DNA from: Paragordius varius
Lineage: Eukaryota > Animalia > Nematomorpha
Reading direction: 5' to 3'
Length of the DNA: 64,000 bases
Assembly (NCBI GenBank): GCA_964247055.1
Contig: OZ176056.1
Location: forward strand, 9,238,001-9,302,000
Below the pieces are notes generated by a model, which was not told the origin of the DNA, did no database searches, and was given only the letters and a program-made list of their open reading frames with translations. Shown piece after piece: positions 26,736 through 39,000 of the stretch. The translations under genes were made by a program, and so were the position numbers. Each line of letters begins with the position of its first letter. The stretch's first letter is position 1.

Positions 26736-27089
26736 ATGGTGCCTGCACGTCTCTTAATTTTTCATTGTTTTGAAATTTTTTTGGAGCTAAGTTTCGTTTT
26801 TTCTAAATAAATCAAAAAGTAGTAGAGACTTTTAAAAATTTTAAAATGTTACATGAATTTTAAAATATAATTTGTAATATCCTCCAAAAAATAAATAATA
26901 AGCTATAAAACTCAAAAAATTATAGGGTTACAAAAACAGGCATTTTTGATGGTTTTTGGATTTTTGAAACCTTTTAGCGGCTCGCGAAAAAGTGCTAGGA
27001 AAATATTAAATATATCATTATTTTCAGAAAAAAATTCTCTATAAGATGTAGTAATTTTCACTCTGGTCTAAAAATCGTGTTGCACAGTG
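26736..27089 (-). repeat. Right terminal inverted repeat of the host transposon (354 bp)
   Basis: Its reverse complement reads CACTGTGCAACACGATTTTTAGACCAGAGTGAAAATTAC...GGCACCAT, matching the left TIR. Confidence 0.97.
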
Positions 27090-27092
27090 TAA
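27090..27092 (+). repeat. Target-site duplication TAA (right copy)
   Basis: CAGTG|TAA-TCAAACAT at the right junction. Confidence 0.93.
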
Positions 27093-30000
27093 TCAAACAT
27101 ATATTTTTTATCAATCAAATAATTTTTCCAACAATCAAAATATGTTGCCTAATAACTTTTTAGTGTTTCCAACAATCAAACATATATTTTTATCAATCAA
27201 ATAATTTTTCCAACAATCAAAATATGTTGTCTAATAACTTTTTAGTGTTTCCAACAATCAAACATATATTTTTATCAATCAAATAATTTTTCCAACAATC
27301 AAGTTATCTTGCCCAATAACTTTGTTTCAACAATTAAACATATATTTTTATCAATCAAATAATTTTAACAATCAAAATATGTTGCTTAATAACTTTTTAT
27401 TTTTCCAACAATCAAACATATATTTTTATCATTCAAATAATTTTTACAACAATCAAAATAAGTTGCCTAATAACTTTTTAGTGTTTCCAACAATCAAACA
27501 TATATTTTTATCAATCAAATAATTTTAACAATCAAAATATGTTGCTTAATAATTTTTTAGTGTTTCCAATAATCAAACATATATTTTTTATCAATCAAAT
27601 AATTTTTCCAACAATCAAAATATGTTGCTTAATAACTTTTTATTTTTCCAACAATCAAACATATATTTTTATCATTCAAATAATTTTTACAACAATCAAA
27701 ATAAGTTGCCTAATAACTTTTTAGTGTTTCCAACAATCAAACATATATTTTTATCAATCAAATAATTTTAACAATCAAAATCTGTTGCGCAATAACTTTT
27801 TAGTGTTTCCAACAATCAAACATATATTTTTATCAATCAAATAATTTTTCCAACAATCAAAATATGTTGCCTAATAACTTTTTAGTGTTTCCAACAATCA
27901 AACATATATTTTTATCAATCAAATAATTTTTCCAACAATCAAAATATGTTGTCTAATAACTTTTTAGTGTTTTCAACAATCAAACATATATTTTTATCAA
28001 TCAAATAATTTTTCCAACAATCAAAATATGTTGCCTAATAACTTTTTAGTGTTTTCAACAATCAAACATATATTTTTATCAATCAAATAATTTTTCCAAC
28101 AATCAAATTATGTTGCCCAATAACTTTTTAGTGTTTTCAACAATAAAACATATATTTTTATCAATCAAATAATTTTTCCAACAATCAAAATATGTTGCCC
28201 AATAACATTTTAGTGTTTCAACTATTAAACATATATTTTATAAATCAAATAATTTTTCCAACAATCAAGTTATCTTGCCCAATAACTTTTTAGTGTTTCA
28301 ACAATTAAACATATATTTTTATCAATCAAATAATTTTTCCAACAATCAAAATATGTTGCCTAATATTTAGTGTTTTCAACAATCAAACATATATTTTTAT
28401 CAATCAAATAATTTTTCCAACAATCAAAATATGTTGCCTAATAACTTTTTAGTGTTTTCAACAATAAAACATATATTTTTATCAATCAAATAATTTTTCC
28501 AACAATCAAGTTATCTTGCCCAATAACTTTTTAGTGTTTCAACTATTAAACATATATTTTTATCAATCAAATAATTTTTCCAACAATCAAGTTATCTTGC
28601 CCAATAACTTTGTTTCAACAATTAAACATATATTTTTATCAATCAAATAATTTTAACAATCAAAATATGTTGCTTAATAACTTTTTATTTTTCCAACAAT
28701 CAAACATATATTTTTATCATTCAAATAATTTTTACAACAATCAAAATAAGTTGCCTAATAACTTTTTAGTGTTTCCAACAATCAAACATATATTTTTATC
28801 AATCAAATAATTTTTCCAACAATCAAATATGTTGCGCAATAACTTTTTAGTGTTTCCAACAATCAAACATATATTTTTATCAATCAAATAATTTTTCCAA
28901 CAATCAAAATATGTTGCCTAATAACTTTTTAGTGTTTTCAACAATAAAACATATATTTTTATCAATCAAATAATTTTTCCAACAATCAAGTTATCTTGCC
29001 CAATAACTTTTTAGTGTTTCAACAATTAAACATATATTTTTATCAATCAAATAATTTTTCCAACAATCAAGTTATCTTGCCCAATAACTTTTTAGTGTTT
29101 CAACAATTAAACATATATTTTTATCAATCAAATAATTTTTCCAACAATCAAAATATGTTGTCTAATAACTTTTTAGTGTTTTCAACAATCAAACATATAT
29201 TTTTATCAATCAAATAATTTTTCCAACAATCAAAATATGTTGCCTAATAACTTTTTAGTGTTTTCAACAATCAAACATATATTTTTATCAATCAAATAAT
29301 TTTTCCAACAATCAAATTATGTTGCCCAATAACTTTTTAGTGTTTTCAACAATCAAACATATATTTTTATCAATCAAATAATTTTTCCAACAATCAAAAT
29401 ATGTTGCCCAATAACATTTTAGTGTTTCAACTATTAAACATATATTTTATAAATCAAATAATTTTTCCAACAATCAAGTTATCTTGCCCAATAACTTTTT
29501 AGTGTTTCAACAATTAAACATATATTTTTATCAATCAAATAATTTTTCCAACAATCAAAATATGTTGCCTAATAACTTTTTAGTGTTTTCAACAATCAAA
29601 CATATATTTTTATCAATCAAATAATTTTTCCAACAATCAAAATATGTTGCCTAATAATTTTTAGTGTTTTCAACAATAAAACATATATTTTTATCAATCA
29701 AATAATTTTTCCAACAATCAAGTTATCTTGCCCAATAACTTTTTAGTGTTTCAACAATTAAACATATATTTTTATCAATCAAATAATTTTTCCAACAATC
29801 AAGTTATCTTGCCCAATAACTTTGTTTCAACAATTAAACATATATTTTTATCAATCAAATAATTTTTCCAACAATCAATAAATGTTGCCCAATAACTTTT
29901 TAGTGTTTCCATCAATCAAACATATATTTTTATCAATCAAATAATTTTTCCAACAATCAAAATATGTTGCCTAATAACTTTTTAGTGTTTTCAACAATAA

Positions 30001-33000
30001 AACATATATTTTTATCAATCAAATAATTTTTCCAACAATCAAGTTATCTTGCCCAATAACTTTTTAGTGTTTCAACAATTAAACAAATATTTTTATCAAT
30101 CAAATAATTTTTCCAACAATCAAAATATGTTGCCTAATAACTTTTTAGTGTTTTCAACAATTAAACATATATTTTTATCAATCAAATAATTTTTTCAACA
30201 ATCAAAATATGTTGCCTAATAACTTTTTAGTGTTTTCAACAATCAAACATATATTTTTATCAATCAAATAATTTTTCCAACAATCAAAATATGTTGCCCA
30301 ATAACTTTTTAGTGTTTTCAACAATCAAACATATATTTTTATCAATCAAATAATTTTTCCAACAAGCAAAATATGTTGCCCAATAACATTTTAGTGTTTC
30401 AACTATTAAACATATATTTTTATAAATCAAATAATTTTTCCAACAATCAAGTTATCTTGCCCAATAACCTTTTAGTGTTTCAACAATTAAACATATATTT
30501 TTATCAATCAAATAATATTTCCAACAATCAAAATATGTTGCCCATTAACTTTTTAGTGTTTCCAACAATTAAACATATACTTTTATCAATCAAATAATTT
30601 TTCCAACAATCAAAATATGTTGCCCAATAACTTTTTAGTGTTTCAACAATTAAACATATATTTTTATCAATCAAATAATTTTTCCAACAATCAAAATATG
30701 TTGCCTAATAACTTTTTAGTGTTTTCAACAATCAAACATATATTTTTATCAATCAAATAATTTTTCCAACAATCAAAATATGTTGCCCAATAACATTTTA
30801 GTGTTTTCAACTATTAAACATATATTTTTATAAATCAAATAATTTTTCCAACAATCAAGTTATCTTGCCCAATAACCTTTTAGTGTTTCAACAATTAAAC
30901 ATATATTTTTATCAATCAAATAATATTTCCAACAATCAAAATATGTTGCCCATTAACTTTTTAGTGTTTCCAACAATCAAAGATATATTTTTAACAATCA
31001 AATAATTTTTCCAACAATCAAAATATGTTGCCCAATAACTTTTTAGTGATTTCAACAATTAAACATATATTTTTATCAATCAAATAATTTTTTCAACAAT
31101 CAAAATATGTTGCCTAATAACTTTTTAGTGTTTTCAACAATCAAACATATATTTTTATAAATCAAATAATTTTTCCAACAATCAAGTTATCTTGCCCAAT
31201 AACTTTTTAGTGTTTCAACAATTAAACATATATTTTTATCAATCAAATAATTTTTCCAACAATCAAAATATGTTGCCCATTAACTTTTTAGTGTTTCCAA
31301 CAATCAAACATATATTTTTATCAATCAAATAATTTTTTCAACAATCAAAATATGTTGCCTAATAACTTTTTAGTGTTTTCAACAATCAAACATATATTTT
31401 TATAAATCAAATAATTTTTCCAACAATCAAGTTATCTTGCCCAATAACTTTTTAGTGTTTCAACAATTAAACATATATTTTTATCAATCAAATAATTTTT
31501 CCAACAATCAAAATATGTTGCCTAATAACTTTTTAGTGTTTTCAACAATCAAACATATATTTTTATCAATCAAATAATTTTTCCAACAATCAAGTTATCT
31601 TGCCCAATAACATTTTAGTGTTTCCAACAATCAAACATATATTTTTATCAATCAAATAATTTTTCCAACAATCAAAATATGTTGCCCAATAACATTTTAG
31701 TGTTTTCAACTATTAAACATATATTTTTATCAATCAAATAATTTTTCCAACAATCAAAATATGTTGCCTAATAACTTTTTAGTGTTTTCAACAATCAAAC
31801 ATATATTTTTATCAATCAAATAATTTTTCCAACAATCAAAATATGTTGCCTAATAACTTTTTAGTGTTTTCAACAATAAAACATATATTTTTATCAATCA
31901 AATAATTTTTTTTAGTGTTTTCAACAATTAAACATATATTTTTATCAATCAAATAATTTTTCCAACAATCAAAATATGTTGCCTAATAACTTTTTAGTGT
32001 TTTCAACAATAAAACATATATTTTTATCAATCAAATAATTTTTCCAACAATCAAAATATGTTGCCCAATAACTTTTTAGTGTTTCAACAATTAAACATAT
32101 ATTTTTATCAATCAAATAATATTTCCAACAATCAAAATATGTTGCCCATTAACTTTTTACTGTTTCCAACAATCAAACATATATTTTTATCAATCAAATA
32201 ATTTTTCCAACAATCAAAATATGTTGCCCAATAACTTTTTAGTGTTTTCAACAATTAAACATATATTTTTATCAATCAAATAATTTTTTCAACAATCAAA
32301 ATATGTTGCCTAATAACTTTTTAGTGTTTTCAACAATCAAACATATATTTTTATCATTCAAATAATTTTTACAACAATCAAAATAAGTTGCCTAATAACT
32401 TTTTAGTGTTTCCAACAATCAAACATATATTTTTATCATTCAAATAATTTTTCCAACAATCAATAAATGTTGCCCAATAACTTTTTAGTGTTTCCAACAA
32501 TCAAACATATATTTTTATCAATCAAATAATTTTTCCAACAATCAAAATATGTTGCCTAATAACTTTTTAGTGTTTTCAACAATAAAACATATATTTTTAT
32601 CAATCAAATAATTTTTCCAACAATCAAGTTATCTTGCCCATAAACTTTTTAGTGTTTCAACAATTAAACATATATTTTTATCAATCAAATAATTTTTCCA
32701 ACAACCAAGTTATCTTGCCCAATAACTTTGTTTCAACAATTAAACATATACTTTTATCAATCAAATAATTTTTCCAACAATCAAAATATGTTGCCTAATA
32801 ACTTTTTAGTGTTTTCAACAATCAAACATATATTTTTATCAATCAAATAATTTTTCCAACAATCAAAATATGTTGCCTAATAACTTTTTAGTGTTTTCAA
32901 CAATAAAACATATATTTTTATCAATCAAATAATTTTTCCAACAATCAAGTTATCTTGCCCAATAACTTTTTAGTGTTTCAACAATTAAACATATATTTTT

Positions 33001-36000
33001 ATCAATCAAATAATTTTTCCAACAATCAAAATATGTTGCCTAATAACTTTTTAGTGTTTTCAACAATCAAACATATATTTTTATCAATCAAATAATTTTT
33101 CCAACAATCAAAATATGTTGCCTAATAACTTTTTAGTGTTTTCAACAATAAAACATATATTTTTATCAATCAAATAATTTTTCCAACAATCAAGTTATCT
33201 TGCCCAATAACTTTTTAGTGTTTCAACAATTAAACATATATTTTTATCAATCAAATAATTTTTTCAACAATCAAAATATGTTGCCTAATAACTTTTTAGT
33301 GTTTTCAACAATCAAACATATATTTTTATCAATCAAATAATTTTTCCAACAAGCAAAATATGTTGCCCAATAACATTTTAGTGTTTCAACTATTAAACAT
33401 ATATTTTTATAAATCAAATAATTTTTCCAACAATCAAGTTATCTTGCCCAATAACCTTTTAGTGTTTCAACAATTAAACATATACTTTTATCAATCAAAT
33501 AATTTTTCCAACAATCAAAATATGTTGCCCAATAACTTTTTAGTGTTTCAACAATTAAACATATATTTTTATCAATCAAATAATTTTTCCAACAATCAAA
33601 ATATGTTGCCTAATAACTTTTTAGTGTTTTCAACAATCAAACATATATTTTTATCAATCAAATAATTTTTCCAACAATCAAAATATGTTGGCCAATAACA
33701 TTTTAGTGTTTTCAACTATTAAACATATATTTTCAAATAATTTTTCCAACAATCAAGTTATCTTGCCCAATAACCTTTTAGTGTTTCAACAATTAAACAT
33801 ATATTTTTATCAATCAAATAATATTTCCAACAATCAAAATATGTTGCCCATTAACTTTTTAGTGTTTCCAACAATCAAACATATATTTTTATCAATCAAA
33901 TAATTTTTCCAACAATCAAAATATGTTGCCCAATAACTTTTTAGTGTTTCAACAATTAAACATATATTTTTAACAATCAAATAATTTTTCCAACAATCAA
34001 AATATGTTGCCCAATAACTTTTTAGTGATTTCAACAATTAAACATATATTTTTATCAATCAAATAATTTTTTCAACAATCAAAATATGTTGCCTAATAAC
34101 TTTTTAGTGTTTTCAACAATCAAACATATATTTTTATAAATCAAATAATTTTTCCAACAATCAAGTTATCTTGCCCAATAACTTTTTAGTGTTTCAACAA
34201 TTAAACATATATTTTTATCAATCAAATAATTTTTCCAACAATCAAAATATGTTGCCTAATAACTTTTTAGTGTTTTCAACAATCAAACATATATTTTTAT
34301 CAATCAAATTATTTTTTCAACAATCAAAATATGTTGCCTAATAACTTTTTAGTGTTTTCAACAATCAAACATATATTTTTATCAATCAAATAATTTTTCC
34401 AACAATCAAGTTATCTTGCCCAATAACATTTTAGTGTTTCCAACAATCAAACATATATTTTTATCAATCAAATAATTTTTCCAATAATCAAAATATGTTG
34501 CCCAATAACATTTTAGTGTTTTCAACTATTAAACATATATTTTTATCAATCAAATAATTTTTCCAATAATCAAAATATATTGCCCAATCTTTTTAGTGTT
34601 TCCAACAATCAAACATATATTTTTATCAATCAAATAATTTTTCCAATAATCAAAATATATTGCCCAATAACTTTTTAGTGTTTCCAACAATCAAACATAT
34701 ATTTAAAACATTCATATTATATTTCTAACAATGAAAATATGTTGCCTAATAACATTTTAGTGTTTTCAACAAACAAACATATATTTTTATCAATCAAATA
34801 AATATTCCAACAATCAAAATATGTTGCCTAATAACATTTTAGTGTTTCCAACAATCAAACATATATTTTTAACAATCAAATAATTTTTTGAAGAATCAAA
34901 ATATGTTGCCTAATAACTTTTTAGTGTTTCCAACAATCAAACATATATTTTTATCAATCAAATAAATTTTCCAATAATCAAAATATATTGCCTAATAACT
35001 TTTTAGTGTTACCAACAATCAAACATATATTTAAAACATTCATATTATATTTCTAACAATGAAAATATGTTGCCTAATAACATTTTAGTGTTTTCAACAA
35101 TCAAACATATATTTTTATCAATCAAATAATTTTTCCAATAATCAAAATATATTGCCTAATAACTTTTTAGTGTTACCAACAATCAAACATATATTTAAAA
35201 CATTCATATTATATTTCTAACAATGAAAATATGTTGCCTAATAACATTTTAGTGTTTTCAACAATCAAACATATATTTTTATCAATCAAATAATTTTTCC
35301 AATAATCAAAATATATTGCCTAATAACTTTTTAGTGTTACCAACAATCAAACATATATTTAAAATTCATATTATATTTCTAACAATGAAAATATGTTGCC
35401 TAATAACTTTTTAGTGTTTCCAACAATCAAACATATATTTTTATCAATCAAATAAATTTTCCAATAATCAAAATATATTGCCTAATAACTTTTTAGTGTT
35501 ACCAACAATCAAACATATATTTAAAACATTCATATTATATTTCTAACAATGAAAATATGTTGCCTAATAACATTTTAGTGTTTTCAACAATCAAACATAT
35601 ATTTTTATCAATCAAATAACTTTTCCAATAATCAAAATATATTGCCCAATAACTTTTTAGTGTTTCCAACAATCAAACATATATTTTTATCAATCAAATA
35701 ATTTTTCCAATAATCAAAATATATTGCCCAATAACTTTTTAGTGTTTCCAACAATCAAACATATATTTTTATCAATCAAATAATTTTTCCAATAATTAAA
35801 ATATATTGCCCCTAACTTTTTAGTGTTTCCAACAATCAAACATAGATTTTATACAATCAAATAATTTTTCCAATAATCAAAATATATTGCCCAATCTTTT
35901 TGGTGTTTCCAACAATCAAACATATATTTTTATCAATCAAATAATTTTTCCAATAATCAAAATATATTGCCCAATAACTTTTTAGTGTTTCCAACAATCA

Positions 36001-36074
36001 AACATATATTTTTATCAATCAAATAATTTTTCCAATAATCAAAATATATTGCCCAATAACTTTTTAGTGTTTCC

Positions 36075-39000
36075 AACAATCAAACATATATTTTTATCAA
36101 TCAAATAATTTTTCCAATAATCAAAATATATTGCCCAATAACTTTTTAGTGTTTCCAACAATCAAACATATATTTAAAACATTCATTTTATATTTCTAAC
36201 AATGAAAATATGTTGCCTAATAACATTTTAGTGTTTTCAACAAACAAACATATATTTTTATCAATCAAATAAATATTCCAACAATCAAAATATGTTGCCT
36301 AATAACATTTTAGTGTTTCCAACAATCAAATAATATATTTTTAACAATCAAATAATTTTTTGAAGAATCAAAATATGTTGCCCAATAACTTTTTAGTGTT
36401 TCCAACCATCAAACATAGATTTTTATCAATCAAATAATTTTTCCAATAATCAAAATATATTGCCCAATCTTTTTAGTGTTTCCAACAATCAAACATATAT
36501 TTTTATCAATCAAATAATTTTTCCAATAATCAAAATATATTGCCCAATAACTTTTTAGTGTTTCCAACAATCAAACATATATTTAAAACATTCATATTAT
36601 ATTTCTAACAATGAAAATATGTTGCCTAATAACATTTTAGTGTTTCCAACAATCAAACATATATTTTTAACAATCAAATAATTTTTTGAAGAATCAAAAT
36701 ATGTTGCCTAATAACTTTTTAGTGTTTCCAACAATCAAACATATATTTTTATCAATCAAATAAATTTTCCAATAATCAAAATATATTGCCTAATAACTTT
36801 TTAGTGTTACCAACAATCAAACATATATTTAAAACATTCATATTATATTTCTAACAATGAAAATATGTTGCCTAATAACATTTTAGTGTTTTCAACAATC
36901 AAACATATATTTTTATCAATCAAATAATTTTTTGAAGAATCAAAATATGTTGCTTTATCACTTTTTAGTCTTTTCAACAATCAAACATATATTTTTATCA
37001 ATCAAATAATTTTTCCAATAATCAAAATATATTGCCCAATAACTTTTTAGTGTTTCCAACAATCAAACATATATTTTTATCAATCAAATAATTTTTCCAA
37101 CAATCAAAATATGTTGCCCAATAACTTTTTAGTGTTTCCAACAATCAAACATATATTTTTATCAATCAAATAATTTTTCCAACAATCAAAATATGTTGCC
37201 CAATAACTTTTTAGTGTTTCCAACAATCAAACATATATTTTTATCAATCAAATAAATTTTCCAACAATCAAAATATGTTGCCCAATAACTTTTTAGTGTT
37301 TCCAACAATCAAACATATATTTTTATCAATCAAATAAATTTTCCAACAATCAAAATATGTTGTCCAATAACTTTTTAGTGTTTTCAACAATCAAACATAT
37401 ATTTTCACCATTCAATAATTTTTCCAACAATCAAAATATGTTCCTTAATAACTTTTAGTGTTTTCAACAATCAAACATAAATTTTTATCAATCAAATAAT
37501 TTTTCCAACAATCAAGTATGTTGCCCAATAACTTTTTAGTGTTTCCAACAATCAAACATTTATTTTTATCAATCAAATAATTTTTCCAGAAATCAAAATA
37601 TGTTGCCTAATAATTTTTTAGTGTTTCCAACAATCAAACATATATTTTCAACATTCAAAAAATTTTTCCAAAAATCAAAATATGTTGCCCATTGACTTTT
37701 TAGTGTTTCCAACAATCAAACATATATTTTTATCAATCAAATAATTTTTCCAACAATCAAAATATGTTGCCCAATAACTTTTTAGTGTTTCCAACAATCA
37801 AACATATATTTTTATCAATCAAATAATTTTTCCAACAATCAAAATATGTTGCCTAATAACTTTTTAGTTTTTCCAACAATCAAACATATATTTTTATCAA
37901 TCAAATAATTTTTCCAATAATCAAAATATGTTGCCTAATAACTTTTTAGTGTTTCCAACAATCAAACATATATTTTTATCAATTAAATAATTTTTCCAAC
38001 AATCAAAATATGTTGCCTAATAACTTTTTAGTTTTTCCAACAATCAAACATATATTTTTATCAATCAAATAATTTTTCCAACAATCAAGTTATGTTGCCC
38101 AATAACTTTTTAGTGTTTCCAACAATCAAACATATATTTTTATCAATCAAATAATTTTTCCAACAATTAAAATATGTTGCCCAATAACTTTTTAGTGTTT
38201 CCAACAATCAAACATATATTTTTATCAATCAAATAATTTTTCCAACAATTAAAATATGTTGCCCAATAACTTTTTAGTGTTTCCAACAATCAAACATATA
38301 TTTTTATCAATCAAATAATTTTTCCAACAATCAAGTTATGTTGCCCAATAACTTTTTAGTGTTTCCAACAATCAAACATATATTTTTATCAATCAAATAA
38401 TTTTTCCAACAATCAAAATATGTTGCCTAATAACTTTTTACTTTTTCCAACAATCAAACATATATTTTTATCAATCAAATAATTTTTCCAACAATCAAAA
38501 TATGTTGCCCAATAACTTTTTAGTGTTTCCAACAATCAAACATATATTTTTATCAATCAAATAATTTTTCCAACAATCAAAATATGTTGGCTAATAACTT
38601 TTTAGTGTTTTCAACAATCAAACATATATTTTCACCATTCAATAATTTTTCCAACAATCAAAATATGTTCCTTAATAACTTTTAGTGTTTTCAACAATCA
38701 AACATAATTTTTATCAATCAAATAATTTTCCCACAATCAAAATATGTTGCCTAATAACTTTTTAGTGTTTCCAACAATCAAACATATATTTTTATCAATC
38801 AAATAATTTTTCCAACAATTAAAATATGTTGGCTAATAACTTTTTAGTGTTTCCAACAATCAAACATAAATTTTTATCAATCAAATAATTTTTCCAACAA
38901 TCAAAATATGTTGCCCAATAACTTTTTAGTGTTTCCAACAATCAAACATATATTTTTATCAATCAAATAATTTTTCCAACAATCAAAATATGTTGGCTAA

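Larger units (their letters stand above)
24531..27089. mobile_element. Non-autonomous TIR DNA transposon, CMC superfamily (Chapaev3/CACTG-like), 2,559 bp, with nested MITEs
   Basis: Starts CACTGTGCAACA and ends TGTTGCACAGTG (perfect 12-bp inverted ends), has long inner inverted repeats and a TAA duplication on both sides, and no ORF. CAC...GTG/CACTG termini with a 3-bp TWA TSD match published descriptions of Chapaev3/CACTA-type elements. The element itself is certain; the superfamily call is from recalled family rules, not a database search. Confidence 0.85.

Noticed and set aside
24531-27089. Transib/RAG-family transposon with true RSS
   Set aside because: The TSD is 3 bp TAA rather than 5 bp, the inward heptamer is CACTGTG rather than CACAGTG, and there is no ACAAAAACC nonamer at 12 or 23 nt. 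Nonamer-like words (24672-24680, 24693-24701) lie about 135-160 bp inside. Only the 11-bp asymmetry is kept as a finding.
24531-27089. PIF/Harbinger (Tourist) MITE
   Set aside because: The TAA TSD fits, but the CACTG...CAGTG termini fit CMC elements better than the usually G-starting Harbinger ends. Not fully excluded without the transposase.
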